A stretch of DNA of 64,000 nt from an uncultured delta proteobacterium (GCA_963765675.1 CAVXXK010000001.1:1952001-2016000); one strand, 5' to 3'; numbered from the stretch's first letter, positions 18,331-27,356 are shown. Program-made: numbers and translations. The notes: generated from the sequence alone by a model not told the origin.

Positions 18331-18585
18331 CTAGGCCGCGGGAGCCTCTGCTTCTGCCGCTGGCGTGGCGGCGGTTGCGCCACCCTTGCCGGTCTTGGCG
18401 GCGAAATGCTCTTCGCACAAGCTCAGGCGAAAGCGCTTTTTGCGGCATTTCTCGAAGGTGCAGGTCTTGTAGCGCGCCTTGGGCATCTCGCCCGCGCGCC
18501 AGAGCCGATAATGCTTGCGGCAGTAGCGCTTTGCGACCGCCTCGTGTTTGCAATCCGTAGCTTTGCAGGTTCCTTTGCTTGCCAT
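18331..18585 (-). CDS. Small basic protein with two C-x4-C-x9-C-x2-H motifs (Myxococcus VegA / 'vegetative protein'-like)
   Basis: CKATDC...YCRKH and CTFEKC...LCEEH, followed by an Ala-rich tail. Confidence 0.7.
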   Translation of the reverse strand: MASKGTCKATDCKHEAVAKRYCRKHYRLWRAGEMPKARYKTCTFEKCRKKRFRLSLCEEHFAAKTGKGGATAATPAAEAEAPAA

Positions 18586-18767
18586 GAATCCCCGTTCCAA
18601 AGGCCGCTTGGAGCACGGCCTAAAGTGTCAATTCAGCAGAATATCGACCATACCGTTTGCCGCTCCCGCTTCATAGAGGGCGCGACAATGACATGGAGCG
18701 CACAAATGACGCTTCGCGTATGCCGACGAGCCGTCGGCTGCCACTGCAAAAAAGATCAGTCGCGCGA

Positions 18768-19388
18768 TCAAACTACCGAGCGCAGGATTCTGTAGATCGG
18801 TTCCAACTCGCCGAAGGCGTCGATTACCTCGGCGCGGTCGATGCGTAAAGCTTCGCGCACCGGCCATCCGAAGCCCAGGTCGATCCCTCCGGTCTTCTTT
18901 TTGAGCGACTCGGATATCGTGGTGAACAGTTCTTCGCTGGCCGGATTCTCCTCGGGCAAAGCGGCGAAGTCCCATCGATCGTAGCGAGCGATCCTTGTGC
19001 CGCGCAGCGATTTCGCGAGCGCCGAAGATTTCGCCGCGATCCGCTGCGCCATCTCGGGCCGGTTGTCCGCATCCGATTTGACAACTACACGCGCATGAAT
19101 CCCAAGCCTCGAGATACATAGCGCCAGGTAGCCATAGCGTTTGTAGCCTTTCGGAGACGGGCCCCATGCTGCCCAGGTTTCAGCGGGAGGATTCACCGTT
19201 CGCCGCATATGCTTGGCGACGTGCGGAAAAAACTCCATGTGCAGCTTGCGTCCGAGCTCGGGAGCGAGCTCCGCGCCGAGCCGCGTCAGGCGCGGACGCA
19301 CGCGCGCCGCGATTTGCTCCATCCGCGCGCTGAAGCCTTCGATCTCGAAGATCCGGAAATCGTTCTGTGAGAATCCAAGTGATGCCAT
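18768..19388 (-). CDS. DUF1054 / YktB family protein
   Basis: DFRIFEIEGFSARM, FPHVAKHMRRTVNPPAETW and KGYK resemble Bacillus YktB as I recall it. Confidence 0.8.
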   Translation of the reverse strand: MASLGFSQNDFRIFEIEGFSARMEQIAARVRPRLTRLGAELAPELGRKLHMEFFPHVAKHMRRTVNPPAETWAAWGPSPKGYKRYGYLALCISRLGIHARVVVKSDADNRPEMAQRIAAKSSALAKSLRGTRIARYDRWDFAALPEENPASEELFTTISESLKKKTGGIDLGFGWPVREALRIDRAEVIDAFGELEPIYRILRSVV

Positions 19389-19409
19389 CGTCAGGTCCTC
19401 TTTACTGCG

Positions 19410-19817
19410 TTACTTTCGCGCCGGTTTTTCCGGATCGACGCCGCGCTGATCGCGAAATGCGGCTTCCCAGTTGCGTCCGTCGAAGCGCCTGATCTTGAGA
19501 GCGCTCAAATCAACTCCGTCGAGACATCGCGCGTTCACATCGATCTTGTCCGGGTCCGAGCGTGGGATGTAAAACGGCGCGACGCCGCATCGCGGACAAA
19601 AATGATGCTTCGCGACGCCGGTGTTGAAGGAGTAGGTCGCAAGATCTTTCTCAGGCGTCAGCAGGCGAAACGCGTCGTGCGCGACAATCCAGTGCAGATA
19701 GGCTTTTTTCGCGCAGATTGAACAATTGCATTCGTCAACCAGCTCAATCGCGCCCGTTACCTCGAATGCTATCGCGCCGCAATGGCAGCTGCCGTGATGT
19801 TTGCGATCGCTTTTCAT
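19410..19817 (-). CDS. GFA / CENP-V family protein
   Basis: GSCHCG, CNCSIC, HHFCPRCG, PRSDP, VNARCL, FDGRNWE. Confidence 0.92.
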   Translation of the reverse strand: MKSDRKHHGSCHCGAIAFEVTGAIELVDECNCSICAKKAYLHWIVAHDAFRLLTPEKDLATYSFNTGVAKHHFCPRCGVAPFYIPRSDPDKIDVNARCLDGVDLSALKIRRFDGRNWEAAFRDQRGVDPEKPARK

Positions 19818-20033
19818 GGTTTGTTGGTCTCGTACGCCCGCGAGTCTAGCGTTTTTCACCCGCGCAAAGGTAATGGGCGCTCCGCTATCGCAGCCGCGAT
19901 CAAAATGAGACTCCGCGTATAGCTCGCACCGCTCGATCTCCGTATGCTGAAGGCACATAAATCCCTTCAACTGTATCGAATCCGCGCGCTGGCGCATTCG
20001 TACAAAATACCAAGGGATGGAGGTTTCGTTTCA

Positions 20034-20333
20034 ATGAAGATTGGGAAGAGTGCAGTGACCGTACTGTCCGCGATGGTGTTTGTCGGTGCGATAGCGCTCC
20101 CGGCGATCGCGGGACATCCATTTCGCAACACCGACGAATTCCTGTCGAAAAATCCTGCGATAGCCTCGGAGCTGCAGAGGGATCCGAAGTTGATCGACAA
20201 CCAGGCGTGGGTCAGAAGCCATCCGCAGCTAAGAAGCTATCTGCACAATCATCCGGAGGCGCGTCACGATTTCAAGAGTCGCCCGAATCACTTCGTCAAC
20301 AAGGAAGACAAGTATCAGGCCCGTCACAACTAG
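20034..20333 (+). CDS. Small secreted hypothetical protein (His/Pro/Asn-rich short repeats)
   Basis: GGAGG RBS, signal peptide ending AIA, and a downstream terminator. Confidence 0.75.
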   Translation: MKIGKSAVTVLSAMVFVGAIALPAIAGHPFRNTDEFLSKNPAIASELQRDPKLIDNQAWVRSHPQLRSYLHNHPEARHDFKSRPNHFVNKEDKYQARHN

Positions 20334-20367
20334 TTTCGCCGCGCGCCGCTGATACCCTCGCACAGTC

Positions 20368-20400
20368 AAGAGGAGCCGTTCATCCGGCTCCTCTTTTTTT
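20368..20400 (+). terminator. Intrinsic terminator
   Basis: AAGAGGAGCCG-ttcatc-CGGCTCCTCTT followed by a T run. Confidence 0.85.
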
Positions 20401-20622
20401 GGCCGGCAACATCACCGAGGTCTTCGAAATGACGAATGAGGTCCTGACGCTTAGCTAATCTACCAGACGAAGCCCGCGATTTTGGTTCAAAGGATTTTCA
20501 AGGGCATCCAACTGCCCAGGCGCGCGGGCTTTGTCGCGATTGAGGCGAGCGTGATATGACGAGCGCACGAACCGCACGTGATGAGCGCGCGGAAATTTTG
20601 AGATGCGAGTGAGGTCCTGACG

Positions 20623-21783
20623 ATGGCGATGAAGATCGAAGGAACCTGCGACCCCAAATTCAATCGGGTCAAAGATGCGTTCGCGGCCAATTTCGAATCC
20701 GGCGTCGAGGTTGGCGCCGCGGTGGCGCTGACGCTCGACGGAAAGCCGATCGTGGATCTATGGGCCGGCCACGCCGACAAGGAAAAAACCCGGCCGTGGA
20801 CGCGCGACACGATCGTCAACGTCTATTCGACCACCAAGGGGCTGACCGCGATCTGCGCGCATCGGCTGGTCGATCAGGGCAAGCTCGATATCGATGCGCC
20901 AGTGGCGAAATACTGGCCCGAATTCGCGGCAGCGGGTAAAGAAAAAATTCCGGTGCGATTTCTGCTCTGCCATCGCGCCGGACTGCCGGCGGTCAGCAAA
21001 CCACTTGCGCCCGATGCATTGTTCGACTGGACCACGATGTGCTCGGCGCTCGCCGAGCAGAAGCCGTGGTGGGATCCGGGAATGCGCCACGGTTACCATG
21101 CGCTGACGTTCGGATTTCTGGTAGGCGAAGTGATTCGCCGGATCACGGGAAAATCTCCCGGAACTTTTTTTCGCGACGAACTCGCGAAGCCGCTCGGCCT
21201 CGATACTCATATCGGGCTCGGCGCTGAGCATGACGCGCGCACCGCGAACATGATCGCGTCGCCGCCGCCCGCGCCCGGCGAGCCAAATATTTTCGCCGAG
21301 GTGCTGAAGAATCCCGAGTCGGTGACCGCCAAGGCGTTCGCGAATCCTCCGGTGCTGGGCGCGCCCGGCCTGGTAAACAGCCGCGCGTGGCGCGCCTGCG
21401 AACTACCCGCCGCCAACGGTCATACCACTGCGCGTTCGCTCGCGCGGCTCTACGGCGCGCTCGCGCGCGGCGGCGAAGTCGATGGCTACCGCGTGCTCAC
21501 TCCCGACAGTATCGTGCGATGCCACAGCGAACAGGCGAGCGGACCGGACGAAGTCCTGTTCATCTCGACGCGATTCGGGCTGGGTTTCATGATGTCGCAG
21601 CCGGGTGGAGCGATGGGCCCGAACGCGCGAGCCTTCGGGCATCCGGGAGCCGGCGGTTCACTCGGATTCGCTGACCCTCAGGCGAAGATCGGATTCGGAT
21701 ACGTGATGAACAAGATGCAGGCGGGAATCCTGATCGACCCGCGCGCAACCGCTCTGATCGATGCGGCATACGCGTCGCTGTAG
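20623..21783 (+). CDS. Serine hydrolase, beta-lactamase class C / family VIII esterase
   Basis: YSTTK (SxxK), LLCHRAGL, GYH, FGHPGAGGS. Confidence 0.92.
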   Translation: MAMKIEGTCDPKFNRVKDAFAANFESGVEVGAAVALTLDGKPIVDLWAGHADKEKTRPWTRDTIVNVYSTTKGLTAICAHRLVDQGKLDIDAPVAKYWPEFAAAGKEKIPVRFLLCHRAGLPAVSKPLAPDALFDWTTMCSALAEQKPWWDPGMRHGYHALTFGFLVGEVIRRITGKSPGTFFRDELAKPLGLDTHIGLGAEHDARTANMIASPPPAPGEPNIFAEVLKNPESVTAKAFANPPVLGAPGLVNSRAWRACELPAANGHTTARSLARLYGALARGGEVDGYRVLTPDSIVRCHSEQASGPDEVLFISTRFGLGFMMSQPGGAMGPNARAFGHPGAGGSLGFADPQAKIGFGYVMNKMQAGILIDPRATALIDAAYASL

Positions 21784-21806
21784 AGCGCGCGCGAAGAAGG
21801 AAGGCA

Positions 21807-22970
21807 ATGGCTCCAAAGATTGAAGGAAGCTGCGGCGAGAAATTTCGTCGCGTGCGCGAGACCTTCGCAGCGAATTTCGAGAATGGCGGTGAAATCGGCG
21901 CGGCAGTTGCCGTGACGCTGGACGGTGCGCCAGTCGTCGATCTGTGGAGTGGTCATGCGGACGCGGCGCGCACGCGGCCGTGGACCCGAGACACGCTGGT
22001 CAATGTCTATTCGACCACCAAGGGACTGACCGCGATGTGCGCGCATCGCCTGGTCGATCAGAACAAGCTCAATCTCGACGCTCCGGTCGCGCGCTATTGG
22101 CCCGAGTTCGCGCAAGCGGGCAAAGACAAACTGCCGGTGCGATTTCTGCTTAGCCATCAGGCGGGACTGCCCGCGGTGAGCAAGCAACTCGCGGCCGAAA
22201 CTTTTTACGATTGGAACGCGATGTGCGCCGCGCTGGCCGAGCAGAAACCATGGTGGGAGCCGGGCACTCGCCACGGTTATCACGCGATTACCTATGGATG
22301 GCTGGTGGGCGAAGTGATTCGCCGCGTGAGCGGGAAGACGATGGGCGCGTATTTCCGCGACGAGATCGCGAGGCCGCTCGGCCTCGACGCCCACGTCGGA
22401 CTCGATGCCAAAGAAGACCCGCGCGTGGCGGAAATCGTACCGGCGCCGCCACCTCCGCCGGGACAGCCGAACCCGCTTCAAGAGATGCTCAAGAACCCCG
22501 AGTCGATGGTCGCGCGGGCGATCATGAATCCTCCGACGGTGGTGCTCGATCCCAAGGTGGTCAACAGCCGCGCGTTCCGCGCAATGGAATTGCCTTCTGC
22601 CAATGGACACGCTACCGCACGGTCGCTGGCTCGCGTGTATGGAGCGCTCGCGCGGGGCGGCGAGGTCGATGGCTACCGCGTGCTCAGCCCGGCGAGTATC
22701 GAGCGAGCCTACGCCGAGCAGGCGTTTGGATTCGACGAAGTCCTGCAACAAACGTCGCGGATCGGACTCGGCTTCATGCTGTCGCACGCGGGCGCGCGGC
22801 TCGGACCGAATCCGCACGCGTTCGGGCATCCGGGCGCGGGCGGCTCTTTAGGCTTCGCCGATCCCGACGCGAGAATCGGTTTCGGCTACGCGATGAACCA
22901 GATGGGTTCCGACACGGTAATGGATCCGCGCACGTACAGGCTGATCGACGCGGTGTACGCGTCGCTCTGA
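21807..22970 (+). CDS. Serine hydrolase, tandem paralogue of the preceding gene
   Basis: YSTTK, LLSHQAGL, GYH, FGHPGAGGS; colinear with 20623..21783. Confidence 0.92.
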   Translation: MAPKIEGSCGEKFRRVRETFAANFENGGEIGAAVAVTLDGAPVVDLWSGHADAARTRPWTRDTLVNVYSTTKGLTAMCAHRLVDQNKLNLDAPVARYWPEFAQAGKDKLPVRFLLSHQAGLPAVSKQLAAETFYDWNAMCAALAEQKPWWEPGTRHGYHAITYGWLVGEVIRRVSGKTMGAYFRDEIARPLGLDAHVGLDAKEDPRVAEIVPAPPPPPGQPNPLQEMLKNPESMVARAIMNPPTVVLDPKVVNSRAFRAMELPSANGHATARSLARVYGALARGGEVDGYRVLSPASIERAYAEQAFGFDEVLQQTSRIGLGFMLSHAGARLGPNPHAFGHPGAGGSLGFADPDARIGFGYAMNQMGSDTVMDPRTYRLIDAVYASL

Positions 22971-22998
22971 GAGACTTTCGGCGAGAGAAGGCGGGAGT

Positions 22999-23853
22999 TT
23001 AAAGTCCGGCGGACTGGTGCAACGCGCAGCGTAATTTGAAGAAGTGCGTCATCGAGGTCATGTAGCGCACGCGCCACGCCGACGGCATCTTTCCGTTCTT
23101 CAGATTCACATTGTAGCGCGTGCCGATCAGGCTGTAGGCCTTGCGAATCCGGCGGAAGAGCTCGTCCCCGGAGCCTGGGGTGACTCCGCCGATCGCGCCG
23201 ATCTCGGTCATCAATTCCTTGCTGTAGGCGGCCAGCGCCACAAGGCTGTCGGCGAACAATTCGTCGCCTTCCTTCAGATGGCTGGAGAAGGTGCCCTCCA
23301 TGAACGCGGTCATCGAGGCTTTCTCTCCGACCAGAGAGCCGTAGATGTAATGTCCCAATTCGTGGCCGAGCGTCGCTGCGACCGCAGCGGGGTGATGCGC
23401 GGTATTCACGAAGATTACGAACTTGCTGCGTTCGCCGATATTGGTGCGGCAGAAAAATCCGCGCAGGGAAAGGCCGGCGCCTTGCCGATACGGCTCGGCG
23501 CGCAGTTCGATCTCGCGGGGACCGAACGTGCGAAACAGTTTGTCGATTACTTCCGGGCTGTCGAGATTGTTCCAGCGTCCGTCGTACGACTTGATATCGC
23601 TGTCGATCACCTGGGCGAGCTCTCGGACCAGGCGCCGCTCCGGCATCGCCGGCTCCTCGAGATAGTTTGCCGAAAGAACTTTCTTCAGATCGGTGAGTTG
23701 CCCCAACACGCGCTTGCCCATCGAGTTGAACGGCACCTTGATTTCGTCGAGTAGGCGCGAAATCAACCCGTCCACCTCGCGCGAAGCCATCGCGTCCGGT
23801 CCGCGGCTGGAGATGCGTTTTCCAAGTTCAGGCGAAATTAGGGCTGCGCTCAT
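22999..23853 (-). CDS. ImmA/IrrE-like zinc metallopeptidase (HExxH)
   Basis: VIFVNT...TLGHELGH with downstream ELFAD (third ligand, as in E..A(N/D) of IrrE/ImmA). Confidence 0.7.
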   Translation of the reverse strand: MSAALISPELGKRISSRGPDAMASREVDGLISRLLDEIKVPFNSMGKRVLGQLTDLKKVLSANYLEEPAMPERRLVRELAQVIDSDIKSYDGRWNNLDSPEVIDKLFRTFGPREIELRAEPYRQGAGLSLRGFFCRTNIGERSKFVIFVNTAHHPAAVAATLGHELGHYIYGSLVGEKASMTAFMEGTFSSHLKEGDELFADSLVALAAYSKELMTEIGAIGGVTPGSGDELFRRIRKAYSLIGTRYNVNLKNGKMPSAWRVRYMTSMTHFFKLRCALHQSAGL

Positions 23854-24099
23854 ACGGGCACCAGATCTCTGTCTCTAAACGAGACACCCCTCCCCGAAAA
23901 TCAGAGAGTAGTATGATCAGAACTAACTGGCGATACAAGTAAATCGAATGCAAAACGTTAAGCGCAAGTCTCGTGCCGCACAATATATAGGTGCCTCGAG
24001 CCCGGAACCTACTAACGGTGGGGATCGGTGCTTTTTGGCCGATGTCACAACGCAACGTCTGTCTGAGACTTTGTCGCAGAACTGACACATTTCCAATAT

Positions 24100-24120
24100 C
24101 TGGGCGGGCTGTCCGCCCAG
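24100..24120 (-). terminator. Hairpin downstream of the XRE gene (possible terminator)
   Basis: CTGGGCGG-gctgt-CCGCCCAG; weak U tract. Confidence 0.4.
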
Positions 24121-24138
24121 CGTTGAGGTTGTCGCCGG

Positions 24139-24561
24139 TCATTGAGAATTCAGCGCCTGGCGGACGGTATTCAGGATGTACAGGAAATCGCGCGTGCTGC
24201 GTACCTCGCCCATCAGCGCGACGCGCGAGAGCATTTCCATTTCCTGCGACGTGACGCGCATCGAGTTCCGCAGTTGTTCACTGCGGCTGAACTCTTCCCA
24301 CGCCGAGCTGGCGGAAGTCTCCGCCGGCGAAGCAACGATTGCGTGCGCTTTCGGATTCGCAAGGAAGAAGAGTTCCTTGCAATCGAACCCCAGCACGTCG
24401 GCCAGCCGCGCGACGATCTCCTCAGATGGATGTCGTTTGCCAGATTCGAGGTGGCCGATGTAGGGGGTCGAGGCGCCCACGCGATCCGCCACCTCCCGCT
24501 GAGTGAGATCCATCTGCCGCCGCCGTTCGCGGATCACTTCCCCAAAAGTCGCCTTGACCAT
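24139..24561 (-). CDS. XRE-family HTH transcriptional regulator
   Basis: FGEVIRERR..LTQREVA..GASTPYIGHLESGKRHPS; AAGGAG RBS. Confidence 0.92.
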   Translation of the reverse strand: MVKATFGEVIRERRRQMDLTQREVADRVGASTPYIGHLESGKRHPSEEIVARLADVLGFDCKELFFLANPKAHAIVASPAETSASSAWEEFSRSEQLRNSMRVTSQEMEMLSRVALMGEVRSTRDFLYILNTVRQALNSQ

Positions 24562-24678
24562 GACTTACCGTGCCCTCCTTGATGCCGCTGCTATGAGCGG
24601 TGCAATTCAGTTCCAGTCCATTCCAAATCGCGCGCGGCGGTCCCCGTCGAGCGCGTCAACCTCGTTTACTGTTCGGAT

Positions 24679-25113
24679 TCAGTCTCGAGCCGCACCAACC
24701 TCTTCAACGTGATTCCTGCGGCCCGGACCTGCCGCGCCAAGCGCGGTGGAGCGGCGCCTGTCATCTAGCGCCTGCAGACACGCCGTGCGTCCGGCGGACT
24801 TCTGGATTTGGCGCCGTTTCCTTTCCAGCGCTGAAACGATAGCGCGGTGAGCGGTCAGTCGGCCGCCCAATTCGACCCAATGGCACGGCGGACAAACAGG
24901 CGTACAGAAACCGGTTTCGCCGGCCCCGCTGCATCGATAACGCGCGCCACAACTGGCGCATCGATGCGCATGTGCGCCCGTCGCCACGCGCGAAAGCTCG
25001 TCGGAAGGGTCCGGACATGGCAGCGGCAGCAGCATGAGGGCTGATTCGTTATCCGCCGTATCAATGATGAGCCGGCTGATGCGCGCGCCAGTGACTGAGC
25101 GAGGCTTTCCCAT
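24679..25113 (-). CDS. Hypothetical Cys-rich (putative Zn-finger) protein
   Basis: HRCASCGARYRC...FCTPVCPPCH followed by a basic helix; promoter directly upstream. Confidence 0.5.
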   Translation of the reverse strand: MGKPRSVTGARISRLIIDTADNESALMLLPLPCPDPSDELSRVATGAHAHRCASCGARYRCSGAGETGFCTPVCPPCHWVELGGRLTAHRAIVSALERKRRQIQKSAGRTACLQALDDRRRSTALGAAGPGRRNHVEEVGAARD

Positions 25114-25121
25114 AACTCGCC

Positions 25122-25154
25122 ATTGTTCATGTAATCCTACATTCTGTCAAGTAG
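25122..25154 (-). promoter_or_regulatory. sigma70-like promoter (TTGACA-17-AACAAT) with overlapping palindromes ATGTA-N4-TACAT and CTAC-N10-GTAG
   Basis: -35 at 25150-25145, -10 at 25127-25122; palindrome 25129-25142 lies in the spacer. Confidence 0.55.
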
Positions 25155-25247
25155 CCTAAGCATACTGTAAGCAGATTTTTGCCCGCTGTAATGCGTTCAA
25201 TTAGGCACAGCCGGACGGGCTAATTCGCGGATGACAAACAGGGATGG

Positions 25248-26603
25248 CTATTTCAGCGCGGCGATACGCGCGACGACGCGATCCACGAACACGCCGGCCG
25301 AGCCCAGGTAGCCTGCCGGGTCCATCGCGCGCTCGATCTCCTCGCGCGAGAGATGACCTCTGAGGTCCGCGTCTTCCGCAATCACGTCGCCGAGCGCGCG
25401 ATTCTCGTCGCGAGCGCGATCGCACGCGCGGGAGACCGCATGATGCGCGGCGGCGCGGCCCATCGCGGGAGTCAGAACCGTTGCGAGCGCCTCCGCCATG
25501 ATCAGGCTGCGGGTCGCGTCGAGGTTCTGGCTCATCCGCGCTGGGTCGGCGATCATACCACCCGCGAGCTTATGCGCGCGCGCCAGGGCTCCCGCAGTTA
25601 GCGTGAAAATCTGTGGTATTGCGAGCGATTCGCTCTGCCACGGTCCGGTCGAGCGCTCGTGATCCTGGGTCATCGCGGAGAAAACGATCGGAACCAGCGC
25701 GTGCACCGCGCGAGTCGCCGCGAGGATATATTCGCTCAGGATGGGATTGCGCTTCTGCGGCATCGTACTCGACGATCCCGCACCCTCTGCGTGAGGCTCG
25801 CAGACCTCGGCGACTTCGGTCTGCGACAGCAGGACGACATCAAGCGCGAACTTCGACACGCTGCCGCATACCAGCGCGAGGATGGCGGCGATCTCGGCCA
25901 GGCCGTCGCGCGTCACGTGCCAGGAAAGATCGGGCGCGGTGAGATCTAGCTCGCGGGCAAGAGCTGCCGCCACCGCCGGACCGCTCGAACCCAGAGAGGC
26001 GAGGGTTCCCACCGCTCCTCCGAACTGCACCTTGAAGACACGAGCGGCCGCCTGATCCAGGCGTACGACGTGATCCGCGAGCGGAGCAGCCCAGGTCGCG
26101 CACTTCAAGCCAAACGTTATCGGCACCGCGTGCTGAAGATGGCTCCGTCCGGCTGTCGGCGTATCGCGATAGCGTTTGGCTTGCCCGGCGAGTGCTTGTG
26201 CCGTCGCGATCAGATCGCGGCGGATAATCGCGACGCCGCGACGCATCTGCAGGACCAGCGCGGTATCGACGATATCCTGAGTAGTCGCGCCGAGGTGAAC
26301 GTAGCGTGCGGCATCGGTCCCGGCTGCGCGGCCCAGCTCAGCAACCAGCTCGACGACCGGATAGCCAACGGTTGCGGTGCTGGCGGCAATTTTATCGAAA
26401 GATAGGACCTCGATTCGCGCCGCGGCAGTGATCGCTTTCGCAGCCTCGCCCGGGATGATTCCAAGCGATGCTTCCGCGCGCGCCAGGGCGGCCTCGACTT
26501 CGAGCATCGCGGCTAGCTGGGCGCGATCGGAGAGCAGGGCGCGCATCTCGTCGGTGCCGAAGAGCGAGCCGTAGATTTGCGAGTCGGCGGGATTGACGCT
26601 CAT
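25248..26603 (-). CDS. pcaB: 3-carboxy-cis,cis-muconate cycloisomerase (fumarase/ASL superfamily)
   Basis: HLGATTQDIVDT, GRSHLQHAVP, QFGGAVGTL, GSSSTMPQKRNP, DHERSTGPWQSE. Confidence 0.8.
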   Translation of the reverse strand: MSVNPADSQIYGSLFGTDEMRALLSDRAQLAAMLEVEAALARAEASLGIIPGEAAKAITAAARIEVLSFDKIAASTATVGYPVVELVAELGRAAGTDAARYVHLGATTQDIVDTALVLQMRRGVAIIRRDLIATAQALAGQAKRYRDTPTAGRSHLQHAVPITFGLKCATWAAPLADHVVRLDQAAARVFKVQFGGAVGTLASLGSSGPAVAAALARELDLTAPDLSWHVTRDGLAEIAAILALVCGSVSKFALDVVLLSQTEVAEVCEPHAEGAGSSSTMPQKRNPILSEYILAATRAVHALVPIVFSAMTQDHERSTGPWQSESLAIPQIFTLTAGALARAHKLAGGMIADPARMSQNLDATRSLIMAEALATVLTPAMGRAAAHHAVSRACDRARDENRALGDVIAEDADLRGHLSREEIERAMDPAGYLGSAGVFVDRVVARIAALK

Positions 26604-26708
26604 CGTGATAGTTTTGCGTCTTTGGGCGATAGTTACGCAAGCGGGGGTCAAGCGGAGTGCTCGCGTTGCGATTGCGAGCGCTGTGGCGCCGGGGGAAGAT
26701 TCATCCAG

Positions 26709-27023
26709 ATGAACGAATCGATCGAGCGATGGATGCCGCTTGCGGCGAACGCCGGTCGCGTGCTGATGGGCCTGCTGGTACTGATCGCCGTGCTGTACCT
26801 GGGCGACGATCTTTCGATTCGCTACAAAATTCCCGCCTCGCGCGACGCGTTCGGCTCGGTGCGGGTCAACAAATTCCTTGCGGTGCCGCTGAAGAGCGGC
26901 AAGACCCAGTACATCCTGAGCGGTTCCGAGAACCAGGTATGCGTGAACTCGCCGTTTCCGCATCTGGGCCACGAGCCGTGCTGGTACCTGGAGCGGCACA
27001 AGGATCGGCGCACGGATCTGTAA
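26709..27023 (+). CDS. Hypothetical single-TM protein with a Cys pair
   Basis: TM helix followed by AVPLKSGK and CVNSPFPHLGHEPCWYL. Confidence 0.7.
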   Translation: MNESIERWMPLAANAGRVLMGLLVLIAVLYLGDDLSIRYKIPASRDAFGSVRVNKFLAVPLKSGKTQYILSGSENQVCVNSPFPHLGHEPCWYLERHKDRRTDL

Positions 27024-27026
27024 CGC

Positions 27027-27341
27027 TCACGACATCAGCATGATGAGCAGGCCGCCGGCGACGATGAATCCGCCTCCGAGCAGGATCCGATCGTCGGGAA
27101 TCTGTTTGAACAGAATGAAAGAGATCATCTGCGACACCACGAAAAAGACCGCGATATAGACGCCCATCAGGCGATTGAAATCCAGGCCGCTCTTGTTGAC
27201 CAGAACTCCGTAGGCAAACAACGTGACGGCTCCCGCGGCGATCGCGGCGGTACGTCCGCCGAGGCCGATCCGCACCAAGGCGTCGCCGCCAACTTCAAGT
27301 GCCGCGGCAAGAATCAGGACAATGAAAACTCTTAAGACCAC
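27027..27341 (-). CDS. Small 4-TM membrane protein (YnfA/SMR-like)
   Basis: AAALEVGGD, FNRLMGVYIAVF. Confidence 0.75.
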   Translation of the reverse strand: MVLRVFIVLILAAALEVGGDALVRIGLGGRTAAIAAGAVTLFAYGVLVNKSGLDFNRLMGVYIAVFFVVSQMISFILFKQIPDDRILLGGGFIVAGGLLIMLMS

Positions 27342-27356
27342 TGCGGCGATCGCGCG

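Noticed and set aside
18269-18616. Long N-terminal extension of dapB (likewise pcaB 26604-26999, Gfo 28347-28796, beta subunit 30005-30169)
   Set aside because: These overlap neighbouring real genes, and family homology starts at the downstream codon.
20623-22970. Beta-lactam resistance genes
   Set aside because: No signal peptides, and the GHxG motif indicates cytoplasmic family VIII esterase-like hydrolases.
22999-25113. Prophage or ICE immunity region
   Set aside because: No integrase, excisionase, att-like repeats or structural genes; the flanks are metabolic genes.
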